Source: Clostridia bacterium
GTDB lineage: Bacteria > Bacillota > Clostridia > Oscillospirales > CAG-272
NCBI GenBank assembly: GCA_017625275.1
Contig: JAGALI010000241.1
Location: forward strand, 1-27,446
Reading direction: 5' to 3'
Length of the DNA: 27,446 bases
Part shown: one piece after another, positions 22,860 to 27,446 of the stretch
How positions within the stretch are numbered: position 1 is the stretch's first letter
How the letters are laid out: every line of letters starts with the position of its first letter
Program-made: the position numbers and the translations under genes
The notes under the pieces: model-generated
Seen by the model: only the letters and a program-made list of their open reading frames with translations
Database searches by the model: none
Told to the model about the DNA's origin: nothing

Positions 22860-25820
22860 TTATATTTTAAGTCCTTGTGCGATTTTGAGCATTCGCTCAA
22901 CATCTACCTTGAGGGCACGTCTGTCATAGGTTAGCAGTCCGTTTGTTTCATCCTCTACATCGGATACCTGTGTATAGATTGAGGCGCAAAGCCCTTCCCT
23001 TACAAGTGGGATTATCTCGTCATTGTAAAGAGCCTCAAGGGCGTCCATAAAGTCCTCTTTTTTCTCAAAGAAGCGATAGCCATAGGTCTTATCAAGATTA
23101 AAGGAGTGTCCCTCTAGCTTGCAGGAATAGCCACCAAACTCGCTTAGCACAAGAGGGGCGCTTCCCTTTTTCATTTTTACGCGCTTAAAGTACACATGCT
23201 CGCTTATGACATCGCTTGGTGCTCCCTTGAACCAGCCTGAGGCTGTGTCAATGAAGCGTGAGGAATCAAGTGATTTTAGTAGCTCATACATTCTTGCACT
23301 ATCAAATTGTCCCCAGCCCTCGTTAAAAATAGTCCAATAGCATATACATGGGTGATTATAAAGTGCGTCTACTGTTCCTCGCATCGCATCCTCAAACGCC
23401 TGTCTTGTTGCGCTATCACGATGAAGCCCTTTATCATTTCTCGTCTTTACACCTATTGTTGGTAGGGCTGTATCTCGAATAAAGGAATATGCTCCATTAT
23501 TCACCATATCCTGAAAAACGACTATTCCGTGCTTATCGCAGTAGTAATAAAACAGCTCTGGCTCGATTTTTATATGCTTTCTGAGGGTATTAAAGCCAAG
23601 CGCCTTCATCTCAAGCACATCTCTTTCAAGATTTTTAGGCGATGCCGGAGTGTAAATTCCGTCGGGATAATAGCCTTGGTCTAAAAGTCCATGGAAGAAG
23701 TATGGTCTTGAGTTAAGGCATAGGCGAGGGGTGTTATCTACCTCTTTTATTTCAAGCGTGCGTACGGCAAAGTAGGATTTTACAATATCCTTACCTGCCT
23801 CAATGGTAAAGTGATACAAATATGGAGACTCTGGTGACCATTTTTGAGGGCTAGCCAGCTCTATTTTGCACACACCATCGCTCATTTTATATTCATCGCC
23901 ATTGTCAAGCGTGATTTTCGCCTCATCTACTCCCTGCGCCTTTATTATAGCTCCGTTTTCGCTTGGCTCTATTTTCATCGCCCTTATATACTCGCTAGGC
24001 ACACACTCAAGCCAAACGCTTTGCCATATTCCACTAACAGGTGTATACCACATTCCTCCTCTTTTAAGGCGTTGCTTACCATATGGCAAAATGTGATTTT
24101 CGAGCATGTCCTCTACACGCACCTCAAGCATATTATTTTGCTCAAGCGCGTCTGTTATATCAAACGAAAATGGCAAATATCCACCTACATTTTTGCCAAT
24201 CTCCTTGCCGTTTAGGTATACTGTTGTAATTTGGTCTGATGCGCCAAAATTCAGTATAGTTCTATCGCCTGCAAGCTCGCATGGCAGGGTGAACTCCTTC
24301 TTATACACAAGCCTTGTGACCCTTTTTGGTGTCCTACCTATTCCAGAAAGAGGGCTTTCTGGTGGAAATGGAACAAGTATTTTTTCCTCTGCTCCACCAT
24401 TTATTGATATGCTCCACTCACCATTAAGAGAGAAATATGAATCTCTTTTTAGCTGTGGGCGTGGATACTCATCCCACGCGCAAGGGTCGTGCTCCTCACC
24501 CTCCCTTGTGTAAAGAGTGCGAAGCCTTGGTGCTTGAAGCTTATTCATAAGCATAAGCATAGGCACCAAAAGCGCGCCAAGCACTATAACCACAACCAAG
24601 GCGCCTGTAAATATGCTTTCATTTGGCAAAAACGAGGTTGTGCCATCGCCATTTGTTATAATTTCGGCATCCTTTAAAATTGCCTTTCCTATCATAGGGC
24701 CTATAACACCTGGAATTAAAACCTGTGCCACAATTCTAAGTCCTTGGAACATTCCTGACTTGTTTTCTGGAGTGTTATCACGAATTGACGCGCCAAAAAC
24801 TGCCATTGATGAAAGATAGCCACACATCATAAGAAGCGAGCCGATAAACACAGGCAGGGCTGTGCGCGTGAAAATAAGGATTATATATCCCAGTGCAAGA
24901 AGCGAAACTGACACCACAACTGATTTTTTAAAGCGTAGCTTATCGTATGCCCTGCCCCAAAGCGCCGTAAACACCGAGGCAAGTATAATTGCTGGTGCCA
25001 TTATAAACACATAATCTGTCATTTGAAGTGATTTTTCATAATAGATTATGAGATATGGCATAAAGATTTGGATTGATATTCCAAATACAGCAAACGCAAA
25101 AAGAAGCATATATAGCACAGGGCTTTGCTTTATTACGCTTGGACGAAAGCCATAGAATATATTCTTAAAATAGCTTTGATTTTGCTCTGTTTTAATTTGT
25201 GGGTCGCTTATAAGGAAAAAGCCAAGCACGCCTATTATAACAACAGCTATGCCTATAACAAGGAATATAACCGTCCAGCTCTCGCTTATTGACTGGTCAA
25301 GACCCATGAAGCCACCAAACACGCAAAGAATTGCAACAAGTGGCATCATTGAGTTAATTCCCTCAGCCCTTCCTCTATCCTTTTCCGTGGTGACATCGGT
25401 TAGCCACGCATTAAAGCAGGCATCGTTTGCGCTTGAGCCGAAAAAGGTCATAACGCAATCCATTATTATAACAAGGGTTATACAAACAGCGCTAGCTGAG
25501 GCAAGTGGGAATAGCTTGCCAATTATATCCACGCGTATGAGTGCAAAGGATAAAATCGACACGCCCCAAAGTATATAGCCACCACAAATAAAGGCACGCC
25601 TTTTTCCTAGCTTATCAGAAAGCGCTCCTATAAGAAGGGTGGTTACTGTTGCGCTAATCGCGCTTGCCGACACCATAAGAGAAATATCCGAGGGTGAGGC
25701 ATTGAACATCTTGTAGATGAATACATTAAAATACATATTCTCTACAACCCAAGCAATTTGACCTGTAAGACTGAAAATTACGAGGGCTATATAAAATTTA
25801 CTTCTCTTTTGCTCTTTCAT
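22860..25820 (-). CDS. MFS transporter fused to a glycoside hydrolase family 2 enzyme
   Basis: Residues ~1-426: 12 hydrophobic helices with MFS motif A (GALSDKLGKRR). Residues ~445-986: YPRPQL..SLNGEW, LNFGASD, SGIWQSVWLE, HGLLDQGY, GFNTLRKHIKIEP, FNEGWG (E834) and LSEFGG (E894). One continuous frame. Confidence 0.9.
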   Translation of the reverse strand: MKEQKRSKFYIALVIFSLTGQIAWVVENMYFNVFIYKMFNASPSDISLMVSASAISATVTTLLIGALSDKLGKRRAFICGGYILWGVSILSFALIRVDIIGKLFPLASASAVCITLVIIMDCVMTFFGSSANDACFNAWLTDVTTEKDRGRAEGINSMMPLVAILCVFGGFMGLDQSISESWTVIFLVIGIAVVIIGVLGFFLISDPQIKTEQNQSYFKNIFYGFRPSVIKQSPVLYMLLFAFAVFGISIQIFMPYLIIYYEKSLQMTDYVFIMAPAIILASVFTALWGRAYDKLRFKKSVVVSVSLLALGYIILIFTRTALPVFIGSLLMMCGYLSSMAVFGASIRDNTPENKSGMFQGLRIVAQVLIPGVIGPMIGKAILKDAEIITNGDGTTSFLPNESIFTGALVVVIVLGALLVPMLMLMNKLQAPRLRTLYTREGEEHDPCAWDEYPRPQLKRDSYFSLNGEWSISINGGAEEKILVPFPPESPLSGIGRTPKRVTRLVYKKEFTLPCELAGDRTILNFGASDQITTVYLNGKEIGKNVGGYLPFSFDITDALEQNNMLEVRVEDMLENHILPYGKQRLKRGGMWYTPVSGIWQSVWLECVPSEYIRAMKIEPSENGAIIKAQGVDEAKITLDNGDEYKMSDGVCKIELASPQKWSPESPYLYHFTIEAGKDIVKSYFAVRTLEIKEVDNTPRLCLNSRPYFFHGLLDQGYYPDGIYTPASPKNLERDVLEMKALGFNTLRKHIKIEPELFYYYCDKHGIVVFQDMVNNGAYSFIRDTALPTIGVKTRNDKGLHRDSATRQAFEDAMRGTVDALYNHPCICYWTIFNEGWGQFDSARMYELLKSLDSSRFIDTASGWFKGAPSDVISEHVYFKRVKMKKGSAPLVLSEFGGYSCKLEGHSFNLDKTYGYRFFEKKEDFMDALEALYNDEIIPLVREGLCASIYTQVSDVEDETNGLLTYDRRALKVDVERMLKIAQGLKI

Positions 25821-26704
25821 TCTTCCTCATCAAGCTCCTTGTCAGGCTCCTTTTCCACTATCTTTTCAAAGGGAAAAAGAAGATTGGTTTCGTTTTTGTA
25901 CTCCTCGAAGCCTTCCTTTTTCGCCTGCCTTTCCTCTGCCATTGGTATGCTGACAAAGGCAAACAAAAGACTGTTTGCAATTGCCCCTGCGAGCATATAC
26001 CACATATCAGGACGCTGCGCGATACAATATAGCGCAACACCCCACCACATAAGTATCTCTCCAAGATAGTTGGGATGGCGCGCGTTTTTCCAAACGCCTA
26101 TTCTTACAAAGGTTGTCCTTCTGCTTTTTCTATATATGTGCATTTGAATATCTGCTATGGTCTGTAGGGTAATTGCGATAACGCTCAAAAGAAGAGCGAC
26201 AAGCCCCTCTGGCTCAAGCACTGGTCTTGCTATTATAACATGCATAGCAGGAAGCGTGCAAAGATACACAACCAGCGTTGGTACAATATGTATTCCAAGA
26301 AGATTTATAAGTGGATAAAGTGTGCCTGTTTTCTCCTTGAGCATTGTATAGCGCCAATCCTGATGTGCCATTCCCTTAAAGGTGTATGCCCAGTTTGCAG
26401 TTAGGCGCACTCCCCAAATGGCAATCACTATCAGCACAAGCGCTGAGGTTAAATTCAAGCCATAGCCAATTGCAAAGCAAGCAAGAATTATAATCGGCTG
26501 AACGCTCCAATAAGGGTCATATACCGACGCATTTTTGAATATAACGCTAAATACAAAAATCACAAGCGTTGCCACTATATCTGCAATAAGCAACGCTAGC
26601 CACGCAGTAAAATCAAGCGCCTGATACACAAGCACGCCTACCACTGTAGCAAGAATGTATGCAAGTGATATTATTATAAAGCTCGGTGCTCTTTTTATGT
26701 TCAT
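25817..26704 (-). CDS. DUF1295 membrane protein (steroid 5-alpha-reductase/ICMT-like superfamily)
   Basis: ASVYDPYWS, WGVRLT, DWRY, IADIQM, GVWKNARHPNYLGEILMWWG; multiple TM helices; ATGA overlaps on both sides. Confidence 0.85.
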   Translation of the reverse strand: MNIKRAPSFIIISLAYILATVVGVLVYQALDFTAWLALLIADIVATLVIFVFSVIFKNASVYDPYWSVQPIIILACFAIGYGLNLTSALVLIVIAIWGVRLTANWAYTFKGMAHQDWRYTMLKEKTGTLYPLINLLGIHIVPTLVVYLCTLPAMHVIIARPVLEPEGLVALLLSVIAITLQTIADIQMHIYRKSRRTTFVRIGVWKNARHPNYLGEILMWWGVALYCIAQRPDMWYMLAGAIANSLLFAFVSIPMAEERQAKKEGFEEYKNETNLLFPFEKIVEKEPDKELDEEE

Positions 26705-27165
26705 TTTTCTATCTCCTTGCCTTTAAGATTTTCCAAAAGCTCAACACAGCCCCTGTAGATTTCCTTATATGCCACATCAAAATCGTCAGTATACCAAGGG
26801 TCACTAACATCCTTTTCGTTTAGCTTTCTTATTTTGTTTTCTGGGTCAGAGCCAAAAATAAGGCTCATATTTCTTATATTGGCACTATCCATTCCTACGA
26901 AAATATCGTATTTATCATAGTCATCGGCTCTGAGTCTCACTGCTCTTTTTCCACCGCAGGATATTCCGTGCTTCGCAAGCTCCTCTCTCGCGGGAGGATA
27001 AACGGGATTGCCTACAGCGCCCCATATCTCCTCCGAGCTCGTTGCGCTTGAGGCAATATAAAATCTATCTTCAAGACCTCTTTTTGCCACCATATCCTTG
27101 AATATAAATTCCGCCATTGGTGAACGGCAGATATTCCCGTGGCAGACGAACATTATTTTCGTCAT
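26701..27165 (-). CDS. Low-molecular-weight protein-tyrosine phosphatase family protein
   Basis: P-loop FVCHGNICRSPMAE (CX5R) and DPWY; ATG 27165 has a GAGGAGAG RBS and is preferred to the track start at 27186. Confidence 0.92.
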   Translation of the reverse strand: MTKIMFVCHGNICRSPMAEFIFKDMVAKRGLEDRFYIASSATSSEEIWGAVGNPVYPPAREELAKHGISCGGKRAVRLRADDYDKYDIFVGMDSANIRNMSLIFGSDPENKIRKLNEKDVSDPWYTDDFDVAYKEIYRGCVELLENLKGKEIEK

Positions 27166-27190
27166 ACTTCTCTCCTCGCAAAACACGCGT

Positions 27191-27217
27191 GGGAAGGAGA
27201 GAAAATCTCTCCTTCCC
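27191..27217. other. GC-rich stem-loop between ileS and the phosphatase gene
   Basis: GGGAAGGAGAGA-AAA-TCTCTCCTTCCC, perfect 12-bp stem; no immediate U-tract on the coding strand. Confidence 0.6.
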
Positions 27218-27230
27218 TGCTAAAAGCATA

Positions 27231-27446
27231 TTACTTTTTGACCGATATTTCAATAATATCGTCGATATTGATAACAGTATCGGGGGTATCTATCTCTCCG
27301 ACACGGCTAAGCGTTTCAGTACAAATAGTTTCTACCCACGCCTCGGGATAGTCTCCCTTGATGCTTATAGTGATATTATCCATTATCTCGCATCCAATCT
27401 GCTTTCTCGCATCCTGAATGCTTCGGATCATCTCACGCGCAAGTCC
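27231..27446 (-). CDS. ileS: C-terminal fragment of a probable type 2 isoleucyl-tRNA synthetase (5'-truncated by the window edge)
   Basis: Frame open to 27446: GLAREMIRSIQDARKQIGCEIMDNI, matching the (E)GxARExxxxIQxxRKxxGxxxxDxI motif at the end of type 2 IleRS. Only 71 aa visible. Confidence 0.65.
   Translation of the reverse strand, partial: GLAREMIRSIQDARKQIGCEIMDNITISIKGDYPEAWVETICTETLSRVGEIDTPDTVINIDDIIEISVKK

Noticed and set aside
27166-27186. Longer start (MFCEERS...) for the phosphatase given in the ORF track
   Set aside because: The extension contains the RBS for ATG 27165, and LMW-PTP homologues begin just before the FVC motif.

Overview
A 27.4-kb chromosomal window, probably from an anaerobic Gram-positive gut/rumen-type Clostridia bacterium (inferred from rubrerythrin, Firmicute-style lipoprotein signals and sigma70/sigmaA promoters). 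Almost all genes are on the minus strand. From left to right: (i) a MoxR AAA+ operon (956-aa membrane-anchored acidic helical-repeat protein, MoxR with an unusual ~235-aa Ala/Lys/Glu-rich N-terminal arm, DUF58, and a BatA/vWA protein missing from the ORF track because it runs off the left edge); (ii) a 600-bp intergenic region containing a promoter-preceded, GC-rich, apparently structured segment; (iii) two architecturally related modular lipoproteins, the larger ending in a CE4/NodB-type polysaccharide deacetylase; (iv) copA, a WYL regulator followed 9 bp later by mntP, rubrerythrin and NADP-isocitrate dehydrogenase; (v) a stand-alone DUF4091/GH123-like hydrolase; (vi) a tRNA-Thr/tRNA-Tyr operon followed by a ~143-bp tandem repeat whose units carry a copy of the tRNA-Tyr 3' end, a 17-bp-stem hairpin and a conserved structured core; (vii) an MnmM/YtqB-like methyltransferase and a small two-repeat lipoprotein (plus strand); (viii) the probable 3' end of ileS, then LMW-PTP, DUF1295 and a 986-aa MFS transporter-GH2 glycosidase fusion. 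No transposase, integrase, phage or CRISPR-Cas genes were seen. The best leads are the tRNA-Tyr-linked repeat array, the MFS-GH2 fusion coupled to DUF1295, and the MoxR operon with its elongated components. All family assignments come from reading motifs by eye; no database search was run.
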